The notes under the pieces were generated by a model that saw only the letters and a program-made list of their open reading frames with translations, had not been told where the DNA came from and made no database searches. A stretch of 64,000 bases of DNA, from contig JBAZRE010000002.1 in the NCBI GenBank assembly GCA_041663025.1, positions 27,703-91,702 on the forward strand, read 5' to 3'. A program made the position numbers and the translations under genes. This DNA is from Minisyncoccota bacterium. Its GTDB lineage: Bacteria; Patescibacteriota; Minisyncoccia; Phycocordibacterales; Phycocordibacteraceae. Numbering within the stretch: position 1 is the stretch's first letter; every line of letters begins with the position of its first letter. Below, piece by piece: positions 45,946 through 54,214 of this stretch.

Positions 45946-45952
45946 CGAGCCA

Positions 45953-46120
45953 CTGCCGCTCCATTCCTTTTCCAAAGACATCCCCCGCCAAAAAACAAAG
46001 CATAGAGAGCGGCAGGAGCGAGGGGCCGCCGTCCGCGGCGGCGAGCCCGCGAGTCTGCGAGCGGGCGAGTAATCATTGGGCGCGCTGGAAAAAAGTTCGG
46101 ACTTGGTCGTATAATGTAGC
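45953..46120. repeat. attR inner arm, 168-bp inverted repeat of 39387-39554
   Basis: Direct comparison shows reverse-complement identity ending exactly at the AGC core. Confidence 0.92.
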
Positions 46121-46129
46121 TAATTATTT

Positions 46130-46471
46130 ATGAAAAACTGGACGTTACGGTTTCGGGCGGTTGATAAAGATAATTTTGACGAAGTAAAGATTGGTATCAA
46201 ATCTATCGAAACGCGTGCCGCGACAATTAAATATCAGCCAATAAAAATTAGTGACACTCTCACCTTTGTTTGCGGGAAAGAAAAGTGTGTTAAGAAGATT
46301 AGTAAGAAATTTCATTGGCCAAGCATTGATGCGATGGTGAAGGGGGTTGATTTCAAAAAAATAATGCCCTCGGTCGATTCCGTAGAGGAAATGAAAAAGA
46401 TCTACGCCTCATATCCCGACTACGAAAAGAAAATCAAAGAACATGGATTATTTGGATTTGAGCTTGAATAG
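46130..46471 (+). CDS. ASCH/PUA-like domain protein
   Basis: F..VK.G.K.IETR, D.L.F. Confidence 0.8.
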   Translation: MKNWTLRFRAVDKDNFDEVKIGIKSIETRAATIKYQPIKISDTLTFVCGKEKCVKKISKKFHWPSIDAMVKGVDFKKIMPSVDSVEEMKKIYASYPDYEKKIKEHGLFGFELE

Positions 46472-46502
46472 AGCAAGGTCAAAAATCGGGTATACTTCCT
46501 CT

Positions 46503-46658
46503 ATGAAAAACCTCAAACTCGGCACCAACTTCTCTATCTTCATTATTTTCTTCGGCGTGGCGGCTCTGGATGCGCTGCAGACACAAAATTGGCTTCGGGT
46601 CGCATTTTGGGTGGGTATCGGCGCATACTTCTTCTGGGCAGATAAAAAGAAATCCTAA
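46503..46658 (+). CDS. Small membrane protein
   Basis: MKNLKLGTNF..FFGVA. TATACT-N6-ATG. Confidence 0.7.
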   Translation: MKNLKLGTNFSIFIIFFGVAALDALQTQNWLRVAFWVGIGAYFFWADKKKS

Positions 46659-46660
46659 TT

Positions 46661-47083
46661 ATGAAAATTGGCATTATCGGCAGCATGCAATATACCGAGC
46701 AGATGGTGAAGGCGCGTGATGATTTGCGGGCGCTCGGACATGACGCTTTTCTTACTGACCTGCACAAAACTCTTGTGGGCAAGAGCGATGAAGAAAAAGA
46801 GGTAATAAAAATAGAGCAAAAAAATAATCAAGACGCTATCCGAGAATTTTGGCACCAGATGCAAGGCGCAGATGCGGTGTTAGCGGTCAATCTCGATAAG
46901 CATGGTATCAAAAATTATATTGGTGGAAACACTCTTATGGAGATCGGATTCGCGCATGTGTTGAATCAGAAGATTTATCTCCTGAACCCGATTCCCTGCA
47001 TCTCGTTCTACAAGTCTGAAATAGAAGCAATGCGCCCTACTATCCTCAACGGTGACTTGTCTCTCATCAAGGTTAAACCTTGA
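46661..47083 (+). CDS. Nucleoside 2-deoxyribosyltransferase-like protein
   Basis: IIGSM, DAVLAVN, YIG.NT.ME.GFA. Confidence 0.7.
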   Translation: MKIGIIGSMQYTEQMVKARDDLRALGHDAFLTDLHKTLVGKSDEEKEVIKIEQKNNQDAIREFWHQMQGADAVLAVNLDKHGIKNYIGGNTLMEIGFAHVLNQKIYLLNPIPCISFYKSEIEAMRPTILNGDLSLIKVKP

Positions 47084-47093
47084 TATCTACTGC

Positions 47094-47198
47094 TCAATGA
47101 ATCGCGCGGAAGGCGCGGATGTGTCGTTGTCGCCGGAACTCCCACAGCTCTCTCTTGCGAGCAAAAAAGGCAAAGAGCCTCTCAATGGATTTTTTCAT
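47094..47198 (-). CDS. 34-aa basic peptide under an ECF promoter, absent from the ORF track
   Basis: MKKSIERLFAFFARKRELWEFRRQRHIRAFRAIH*. ATG is 8 nt downstream of the ECF motif. Confidence 0.5.
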   Translation of the reverse strand: MKKSIERLFAFFARKRELWEFRRQRHIRAFRAIH

Positions 47199-47206
47199 TC
47201 CCTAGA

Positions 47207-47233
47207 TAGACGATGATGATAGCTGATTCTTAC
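47207..47233 (-). promoter_or_regulatory. ECF sigma promoter
   Basis: GTAAGAAT-N13-CGTCTA. Confidence 0.75.
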
Positions 47234-47240
47234 ATATGAT

Positions 47241-47270
47241 AAAAAACGGCCACGCACGTGACCGTTTTTT
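47241..47270. terminator. Intrinsic terminator
   Basis: aaaaaacgg...ccgtttttt. Confidence 0.7.
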
Positions 47271-47285
47271 ACTACGTGTTCGTTG

Positions 47286-48074
47286 CTAGATAGTAACCGT
47301 CTGGCCGAGGGCGCCAAGTAGATAGTTCGCGAGAAGTGCTGTGGCGCTTGAAGAATGTCCGATCCCGCCAAATGCAGCGGTAGCGTCTGTGCCGCAGAGT
47401 GACACGATCGCCTGCACACCGCCGGGATGATATGGAACATAGGCAGTAATGTTATACACATTGCTGCCAATAGTTAACCAACAACTATTCTGAGTGTTGT
47501 GCGTCGCGATAACGGCTGACGTTAAGGTGACCTGATTTGTTGTTGACAGTGGTGCGGTAGTAAACGATGTTTGGCTTGAGGTAGCCGAGCCGTTTGCAGC
47601 GCTTACCGATGCGACAACCACATAATACGTGGTGCTTGCGGTAAGACCGGTAAGGCCGATCGAATGGCTCTTCACTGGCGTTGCGCTGGTCACTGACGAA
47701 GCAGCGAGCAAGCTCAGTGGCGAGGTTGTGCCGAAGTACACCTTGCTTGAAGAGGTTACATTCGTCGTCCAGCTAACGAGAGCGCTTGAGGTGCTCACGT
47801 TGGTAATAGCGAGTCCTCGCAGAGCGAGAGTAGTGGCTGGAGTTGTCGTTGATGTTCGATGCTCACCTCTCCCCTCGTCATCGTCCTGATCGCCCTTTTC
47901 GCCGCGTTCTCTCACATGAGTATGCGCGAACGCGGACTTCCCGTGTATCTTCGGGTGACGGTCTCCATTTTTATTGTTCAAGTGTTCTCCACCATCCGCT
48001 AAAACGAATGCTGGAGAGAGGAGTAGTGCCGCAAAGAGGACGAGGCTGGATATTTTTTTGGTAAATGTTGTCAT
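47286..48074 (-). CDS. Secreted FN3 + cytochrome b5-like heme-binding protein
   Basis: Signal peptide, FN3 (WTT..GL...T.YY), HN...CW..I...VY......HPGG...CGTDAT..F...GHS. Confidence 0.85.
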   Translation of the reverse strand: MTTFTKKISSLVLFAALLLSPAFVLADGGEHLNNKNGDRHPKIHGKSAFAHTHVRERGEKGDQDDDEGRGEHRTSTTTPATTLALRGLAITNVSTSSALVSWTTNVTSSSKVYFGTTSPLSLLAASSVTSATPVKSHSIGLTGLTASTTYYVVVASVSAANGSATSSQTSFTTAPLSTTNQVTLTSAVIATHNTQNSCWLTIGSNVYNITAYVPYHPGGVQAIVSLCGTDATAAFGGIGHSSSATALLANYLLGALGQTVTI

Positions 48075-48163
48075 AATGATTGTCGTATATTACGCGGTTA
48101 ATTTAGGCCTAAGGTTGCGCAGAGTGCGCCACTTCTTATATACTTGACCTCTCACTCATAAGG

Positions 48164-48218
48164 GAGACGGTAGTGCTCGGGTATCCTTACCGTAAGAATG
48201 TGTGCCATGATGCGTCTC
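48164..48218. promoter_or_regulatory. Back-to-back ECF promoters
   Basis: Minus strand 48164-48190 GTAAGGAT-N13-CGTCTC. Plus strand 48192-48218 GTAAGAAT-N13-CGTCTC. Confidence 0.8.
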
Positions 48219-48223
48219 AAGAT

Positions 48224-48760
48224 ATGGAACAAGATATTTCAAAAAACCAATTCATTCAGCTCTACACCAATGAATCTGATGCGATATACAGATTCTGCCT
48301 TTTGAGGACATCTGATAAGGATGTGGCGGTTGATCTGATGCAAGACACTTTTATGCGATTCTGGAATGTTCTTTCGCAGGGTGAGAAGAAAGTTGAGAAC
48401 AAACGAGCGTTTCTCTTCACCGTCGCGCGAAATAGTATCATTGATTGGTACCGGAAGAAGAAAACACTCTCGCTCGATGCGTTGGCAGAAGGGTCAGAAA
48501 CAGACGCCGAAACATTTATGCCAGTCGGTCAAAAGAAGGAGGACATAGAAATGACGCATGAGGCCAAATTTCTTCTGGAGAGAATAAGAGAACTCGATCC
48601 GCTCTACCAACAAGTCGTGTATCTCAGATTCGTCGAAGGTCTCGGGCCTAAAGATATCGCAGAAATTATCGGGGAGTCAGCGAACGTCGTGTCAGTGCGT
48701 ATCAATCGGGGATTACAGCAATTACGGAAAGTGGCGGGGTATGATGAAGAACAACCATAA
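48224..48760 (+). CDS. ECF RNA polymerase sigma factor
   Basis: DLMQDTF, FLFTVARN.IID.YR, region-4 HTH. Confidence 0.93.
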   Translation: MEQDISKNQFIQLYTNESDAIYRFCLLRTSDKDVAVDLMQDTFMRFWNVLSQGEKKVENKRAFLFTVARNSIIDWYRKKKTLSLDALAEGSETDAETFMPVGQKKEDIEMTHEAKFLLERIRELDPLYQQVVYLRFVEGLGPKDIAEIIGESANVVSVRINRGLQQLRKVAGYDEEQP

Positions 48761-49544
48761 AAATATGAAAAATGATTTAAATAAAGGGGCGCAAGAAATA
48801 CGAGATATAAAACTTTCTCCAGAAGAGAAGAAGGTTGTTCTCTCGCGTTTGCTCGCGCATATGGATGAACATCCTGTTCGGTTTGTGGTGAGTCCGTATC
48901 AACACTTCTTTCATTCTCGTTTTGCCTATGCGCTTGCGGGAGCTCTCCTCATGTTCTCTGTAACCAGCGGTGGTGTCGCATTGGCCTCTGAAGGGGCGTT
49001 GCCAGGAGACCTGCTCTACCCGGTCAAGATCTATGTGACCGAGCCGGTGCGTGGAGCGTTAATAATCGGGACGGTGCAGAAGGCGCAATGGGTTGAAGAG
49101 AAGACTGTTCGTAGATTTGATGAGGCAGAATCTCTCGCGACACAAGGACGTTTGAGCACCACTACTATCCAAACCATCAAGGAGAATGTTGAGAAAAATA
49201 CAAATGAATTTCACGCCATCGTTCAGGCTTCTGAAGCACAGGCATCTTCAACGGAGATGGAGCGGGTGCATACTGATTTTGAAAAAGAGATAGAGTCTCG
49301 CGCGCAGATTTTGAATATCGCTACCAGCACACCTCGCGTTCGGTCGGAGGAGAGTACGCGAGAAAACGCTCGTACGGCGACAAGTACTTCGAGAGGCACG
49401 AGAGAAAGAGAAGAAGAGGATTCTGAAAATTCTAACGATCGGTATCAGGCTCTGCCGGCATCGGTTATACGAGCGACTGAGACACGACAAGCGACCAGTA
49501 CCAAGAGGGTGCGAGAGTCTGACTCAAGAGGAGAGAGAGATTAA
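48741..49544 (+). CDS. Putative anti-sigma factor (DUF5667-like)
   Basis: Overlaps the sigma gene. TM followed by ALPGDLLYPVK. Confidence 0.75.
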   Translation: MMKNNHKNMKNDLNKGAQEIRDIKLSPEEKKVVLSRLLAHMDEHPVRFVVSPYQHFFHSRFAYALAGALLMFSVTSGGVALASEGALPGDLLYPVKIYVTEPVRGALIIGTVQKAQWVEEKTVRRFDEAESLATQGRLSTTTIQTIKENVEKNTNEFHAIVQASEAQASSTEMERVHTDFEKEIESRAQILNIATSTPRVRSEESTRENARTATSTSRGTREREEEDSENSNDRYQALPASVIRATETRQATSTKRVRESDSRGERD

Positions 49545-49545
49545 C

Positions 49546-50586
49546 TTACTTCCCACGACCAAAATATTTTTTGAGGAGCGCGACGTGCTCGGCGTAGGTG
49601 TTGGTGCAGTGGAACTGCCCCGCGTTGTCGTGGAAGTAGAAGAGACAGTCTGTATTTTTTGGATTGAGCGCTGCCAACACTGCGGCGACCGAAGGATTCG
49701 CGATTGGCGTCGGAGGCAGACCCTTATTTTTGTAAGTGTTGTAGGGTGACTTGCGGAAGGCGTCCGCTGGCACCACTCTCGGCCACCAACTGGTGACTGA
49801 CTTACTATTCGCTTTTGCGTATTGGAGTGTGGCGTCTATCTGGAGATTCATATTGATGAAAAGTCGATTCCAGATGATGCCCGATATGATGCGCATATCA
49901 TCGGGCCCACCTGCTTCGCGTTGAATAAGTGATGCAATAGTGAGTGCCTGATCGAGAGGCACGATCTCAGCTGTCGAGGTGCCGTAATGATCAAGAATCT
50001 CTTCAGAAAAACGTTTGTTCACGAGCATTTGTGCTTCTGTTGGCGTTGTCCCAACGTCAACAAGGTAAGTACCCGGTGAAAACGAACCTTCAGACAAAGG
50101 GAGTGTCGACGATGCTGCTGCGGTTGTGAAATTCTTTGCCTGAGTACTATTCCACGCAAGCGCTTTTGCAAATGTATTTGCCACCTGCTCCTTTCGCATT
50201 CCTGGAGTGATGATAACGACACGACCACCTGCAGCGGCGATATTCTGATACCACGATGCAGTAGTGAGAGTTGATGTAATCCACTCAAAAATACCCCACA
50301 ACACGTTTTGAGCATTTATCGCTGCTGCTTGAAATGGAGAAGTGGTACTCTCGAGGAAAGTATTTACCGTCGTATTCTCCACAATTATTTTATTCTGCGG
50401 ATCGACGGTAACGGGGAATTGTGTGGACATCGCAGAAAGTGCCTGCTGCTCTTCTTGCTGCAGATGCCACGCGACTATGCCGGGAAATGAGAAAATAATA
50501 CCCAGCGTGACAATCGAAAAAAGCACAGCGAGGCTGAGTATGCCAAACACACGTCTCATACCGCCCTTTCCATCCACTCCTCTCAT
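49546..50586 (-). CDS. mltG: Endolytic transglycosylase MltG
   Basis: IASLIQRE, LQIDAT, SPYNTY...GLPPTPIANP. Confidence 0.92.
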   Translation of the reverse strand: MRGVDGKGGMRRVFGILSLAVLFSIVTLGIIFSFPGIVAWHLQQEEQQALSAMSTQFPVTVDPQNKIIVENTTVNTFLESTTSPFQAAAINAQNVLWGIFEWITSTLTTASWYQNIAAAGGRVVIITPGMRKEQVANTFAKALAWNSTQAKNFTTAAASSTLPLSEGSFSPGTYLVDVGTTPTEAQMLVNKRFSEEILDHYGTSTAEIVPLDQALTIASLIQREAGGPDDMRIISGIIWNRLFINMNLQIDATLQYAKANSKSVTSWWPRVVPADAFRKSPYNTYKNKGLPPTPIANPSVAAVLAALNPKNTDCLFYFHDNAGQFHCTNTYAEHVALLKKYFGRGK

Positions 50587-50601
50587 TTCCTTACTATACC
50601 A

Positions 50602-52119
50602 CTACGCAAAGCCGGGGAAGTAGTCGGTCTTAATGTGGCGGCGGGAGATGCCCATAGCGCGAAGTGTCTTACGCGATGCCTCAACCATGACGGGCGGCCC
50701 TGAGATATAAAAGGTGCGCTCTATGTAGTCAGGAATTTGTTCAGCGATCAACTTTTCATCAATTCTTCCCGCATGAGCCCACGGGAGTGGTTTCGGCTCG
50801 CGAGTTAGTGCATATATCGTTTTCATACCAATTTTCTTCGCGGCTTCGTTGAAGGTCTCAATATAGGCGATTTCTGATGCGGTGCGGTTTGAGTAGAGGA
50901 GCATCACCTCGCGCGTATCATTGGTATCTATCAAATGGCGCACCATGCTGACAAAAGGCGTGATACCAATACCGCCAGCGACAAAGACGAGTTTCTTTTT
51001 TGGATTCTTCGGAAGGACGAAGTCTCCGGCGAGTTGTGAGACCGAGAGTGTATCGCCCGCGCCCATTGCAGCGAGCGCACGTTTAAAACTGCTCTCAGGC
51101 TCATAGAACTTCACGCCCAAACGCACGACTTTTTCAGCGGGCGATGAGGCGATCGTGAAGTAGCGGCGATTGCCGCGATCGTCGGAGAAGCGGTGTGGCA
51201 ATGTCCACTCCAGATACTGTCCTGGGCGGAAGTTGAAGAGCCAGTCGGGCTTGAATACAAATTCATAAAGGCCATCGGCGAGCTCTCTTTTATCAATGAG
51301 CTTTAAGGTGAAACGTCCTTCAGGGCTCACAAAATAGACAAAGAGATTGCCTACCAGAAGTGCGAGCTCTGGTGTGAAATAGAACGAGCCGAGGTGAATG
51401 TTGGGGGCAAAAAGGAATCCAACGATTGCGCCGTAGAAGATCCTCCCGAGACGCGTGGGTGACATGGTCAGCGGCTCGGTGAGCATCACCAGTGCGAGGA
51501 AGAAGAATGGCGAATGCAAGAACGTCTGTGTGATCGGCGTTAAATAATTGCTACTTGTCGATGTAGCGACAATAGTCGCGAGTGCCACAATCGAAAATGA
51601 CCATACCAGATCGAATCGCTGGATCTTACGAGCAATCAATAATCCGCCGATCACTACGAAGGCCATGAGTGGCAGATTCCCGCCGACCCACCACGTCGCT
51701 CCTTGGTTAAGCGCAAGTGCCGAGAACGCGATGCCAAACGCTGCCGGATTGAAAATATGTTTCTTATGGATAGCCAAGATAAACTTAGAGGCCATTGCCC
51801 ACGCCGATGCGAAAATAAGGAATCCTATGCCGGCATAATCGGTGTATGCGACAGGAGAGATGATGAGCGCGAGAATGAGTGCCGTGATATAAACCGATTC
51901 AACATTTGTCGCTGCGTTGAAGCTTTTTGCAAATACCGTATTGACGAGCCAACACACCGCGAGAATAAGGAGTGTCGAGAGGGCGAGATTAGCAGGATTG
52001 ATAGGGAGCCAACCAAGGGTGCCGAAGAGTGCTGCTAAGATAAACAATACGACGAGATAGTACAGCACGAGGCGATACATCGTGATCTTATTAAGGAAGT
52101 TGTCGATAAAGGCGGGCAT
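50602..52119 (-). CDS. NqrB/RnfD-like membrane domain fused to FAD/NAD-binding ferredoxin reductase
   Basis: KHIFNPAA, MLTEP.T, then RYFTIASS, AGGIGITP, YISGP..MV. Confidence 0.88.
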   Translation of the reverse strand: MPAFIDNFLNKITMYRLVLYYLVVLFILAALFGTLGWLPINPANLALSTLLILAVCWLVNTVFAKSFNAATNVESVYITALILALIISPVAYTDYAGIGFLIFASAWAMASKFILAIHKKHIFNPAAFGIAFSALALNQGATWWVGGNLPLMAFVVIGGLLIARKIQRFDLVWSFSIVALATIVATSTSSNYLTPITQTFLHSPFFFLALVMLTEPLTMSPTRLGRIFYGAIVGFLFAPNIHLGSFYFTPELALLVGNLFVYFVSPEGRFTLKLIDKRELADGLYEFVFKPDWLFNFRPGQYLEWTLPHRFSDDRGNRRYFTIASSPAEKVVRLGVKFYEPESSFKRALAAMGAGDTLSVSQLAGDFVLPKNPKKKLVFVAGGIGITPFVSMVRHLIDTNDTREVMLLYSNRTASEIAYIETFNEAAKKIGMKTIYALTREPKPLPWAHAGRIDEKLIAEQIPDYIERTFYISGPPVMVEASRKTLRAMGISRRHIKTDYFPGFA

Positions 52120-52123
52120 ACTA

Positions 52124-52624
52124 TTAGTTTTTTGCCTGTGTGAGCGCCGATGCAAGAGATTGTTGGAATGCTTCGCTCGTAAAGGTTGCGCCAGACGCAG
52201 TATCTACTCGTGCATTTTGAGCAACGATGGCTTCTCGTATCAAGATCGGCATCGCATAATTATTTACGGCGACTGAGGTGCTTCGGTCACTCGGGTGCTG
52301 CAAGAATTTCACATCAGCGATCTTTCCGTTTTGGATAATCGCTTGGACCTGCACGGTGCCGTAGTAGGCGTCAGCAGGAGTGCCTACGTAGGTACCATCT
52401 CGGTAAAGGCCAAGTGGCTTTGGTGATTGGGTGGTAGTTGTTGCTGTTTGCGTCGGGACATTTTGTGCGGCAATGGGTTGCGTTGTATTTGAAGTAATCG
52501 GTGCTGTTACTACCACAGATTGTTGTTCACCGCCAAGAAACTGCCACAAGGTATAGGTGGCTGAGACAATACCAATCACAATCGCAAGGGGAAGCTTGCC
52601 GCTCGAGATTCGTTGAGGAGGCAT
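52124..52624 (-). CDS. FMN-binding (flavinylated) extracytosolic protein
   Basis: DGTY.G, GTVQV, D..SGAT.TS. Confidence 0.9.
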   Translation of the reverse strand: MPPQRISSGKLPLAIVIGIVSATYTLWQFLGGEQQSVVVTAPITSNTTQPIAAQNVPTQTATTTTQSPKPLGLYRDGTYVGTPADAYYGTVQVQAIIQNGKIADVKFLQHPSDRSTSVAVNNYAMPILIREAIVAQNARVDTASGATFTSEAFQQSLASALTQAKN

Positions 52625-52634
52625 ATTGATAGTA

Positions 52635-52700
52635 TATACGCAATACACACGGGATTATTACGCCTAGGCTGATGTAAGAATCTAGATGTATCTCCGTCTC
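52635..52700. promoter_or_regulatory. Divergent ECF promoters
   Basis: Minus strand 52635-52661 GTAATAAT-N13-CGTATA. Plus strand 52674-52700 GTAAGAAT-N13-CGTCTC. Confidence 0.8.
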
Positions 52701-52712
52701 CCCTCACATACC

Positions 52713-53384
52713 ATGAAAAAGATGATTGCCGTGGCAGTATTTCTTGTATCCTCGACCGCATTTGTCTTTGCGCGACAGTCTGCGGTGGCGACAGCGGCGC
52801 AGAGTGTTCAAGATGTCCCTGAGAGTATGGCGAACATAAACGAGAATGATGCGACCACTTCAGACATGCTCGCCTCTCAGATACAAGCACTTGAGGCGAA
52901 TATCTCGCAAATAGAAAGTGCAAATATTGAAGCGGCATCTGTCTTGAGCCAAGTCGTGACAGCGGTATCGAAACCAAAACCGCAAGTTTCTCCGACAGTG
53001 CGGATTACACCAGTCGCAATGCCGACCTCTACACCTATCGTGACACGGGTGCCGACAACAACTCCTGCCGCGATCGTCGTCTACGGTCAATCGACCTATA
53101 ACAGCGGCAATGGTGTGCTCTTATATGCCAACGGGACTCCAGTTACCGCTCCGGATGGTGCGCGGCAAAGTTCAAATGGGTATTGGTATCTTGGTGGGCA
53201 GATCTATGCGATTGGTCCAGAAATCGGGATTCCATACACACCAGAGACAAACATCGTGTATGAGCAAGCCCCTATTATTACTCCTACTATCGTTGCTTCC
53301 GTGACGCCATCACCAGCACCAGTTCTCGTATCAACAAGCACTTCGCGTTCACGCACGCGTCACGAAGAGCGTGATGATGATTAA
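52713..53384 (+). CDS. Secreted hypothetical protein
   Basis: Signal peptide, coiled coil, Pro/Thr-rich linker. Confidence 0.7.
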   Translation: MKKMIAVAVFLVSSTAFVFARQSAVATAAQSVQDVPESMANINENDATTSDMLASQIQALEANISQIESANIEAASVLSQVVTAVSKPKPQVSPTVRITPVAMPTSTPIVTRVPTTTPAAIVVYGQSTYNSGNGVLLYANGTPVTAPDGARQSSNGYWYLGGQIYAIGPEIGIPYTPETNIVYEQAPIITPTIVASVTPSPAPVLVSTSTSRSRTRHEERDDD

Positions 53385-53386
53385 GT

Positions 53387-54199
53387 ATGAAGAAGATATT
53401 TTTACCAATTGTTTTTATCGGCGTTTCTTTTTTATATATGTTCTCGCGCAGTCCTGCGGCAGTGCTCGCGGGACTCTCCGATAGTTCCAACACAAGTGCA
53501 GGGACTGACATCACCATCCCCACCACGGTAAGCAGTACAACAACAAGTCTCGCGAGTAGCACTGAATCGCTTTCTGTGCAGCTAGCGATGCTTCAGGAGC
53601 GTCTTGCAAAACTGGAGAGTGCTAAAAAATCAGCACCGCAAACACGCATTGTTGTTATTCCAGCGGCGCCAGTTCCAGAATCATTCCCAGCGCCAGATTC
53701 CCCAGTTCAAGAGCCCGTTGTCTCGATACCGATGACCCTAGAACCAACACCGACACCAGCAGCACCCACTCTGGTTCCAGTGGTTGTTATTCCTCCGCCA
53801 CCATTCACCACACTTCCTCAGACTCCTCTTCCAGCGCCAATACTCCCGTCGACAACGCCTGCGCTAGCATCAACGCCAACACCTCCTCCCGCTCCCACAC
53901 CTCCGCCTGTGCCGGCCGGCCCTAAAGATGGCACCTATACGGGGAGTGTCGCTCAAGCTGGAAGTCGTGGCCCTGTCCAAGTACAGGTGGTGATTGCAGG
54001 AGGAAAAATCACCAACATCAGCTTCCTCTCTTCTCCAACCGCATCTCCGGTCTCAGTTTCTATCTTTGACACAGCGTCACCGACGCTCGTGCAAGAAGCT
54101 ATTGCAGCGCAGAGTGCGAACGTGACAACCGTTTCAGGAGCTACGCTTACCAGTAATGCATTTAAACAATCACTTGCGTCGGCGCTCGCGCAGGCGTGA
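53387..54199 (+). CDS. FMN-binding protein with a long Pro-rich stalk
   Basis: C-terminal DGTYTG...VSGATLTS. Confidence 0.88.
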   Translation: MKKIFLPIVFIGVSFLYMFSRSPAAVLAGLSDSSNTSAGTDITIPTTVSSTTTSLASSTESLSVQLAMLQERLAKLESAKKSAPQTRIVVIPAAPVPESFPAPDSPVQEPVVSIPMTLEPTPTPAAPTLVPVVVIPPPPFTTLPQTPLPAPILPSTTPALASTPTPPPAPTPPPVPAGPKDGTYTGSVAQAGSRGPVQVQVVIAGGKITNISFLSSPTASPVSVSIFDTASPTLVQEAIAAQSANVTTVSGATLTSNAFKQSLASALAQA

Positions 54200-54214
54200 A
54201 GAGGGATGTAGCAT

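Larger units (their letters stand above)
36176..46120. mobile_element. Integrative element mobilised by a large serine recombinase
   Basis: Bounded by an AGC core at the tRNA-Gln 3' end (36176-78) and at 46118-20. The two inner arms occur joined, inverted, at 39307-39554. Integrase plus defence cargo. Confidence 0.88.

Noticed and set aside
36176-46120. Prophage or conjugative ICE
   Set aside because: No structural, terminase, relaxase or T4SS genes are present.
45350-46133. Several overlapping ORFs in the GC-rich island end
   Set aside because: No recognisable motifs or start signals. They are explained by stop-poor structured DNA and the attR repeat.
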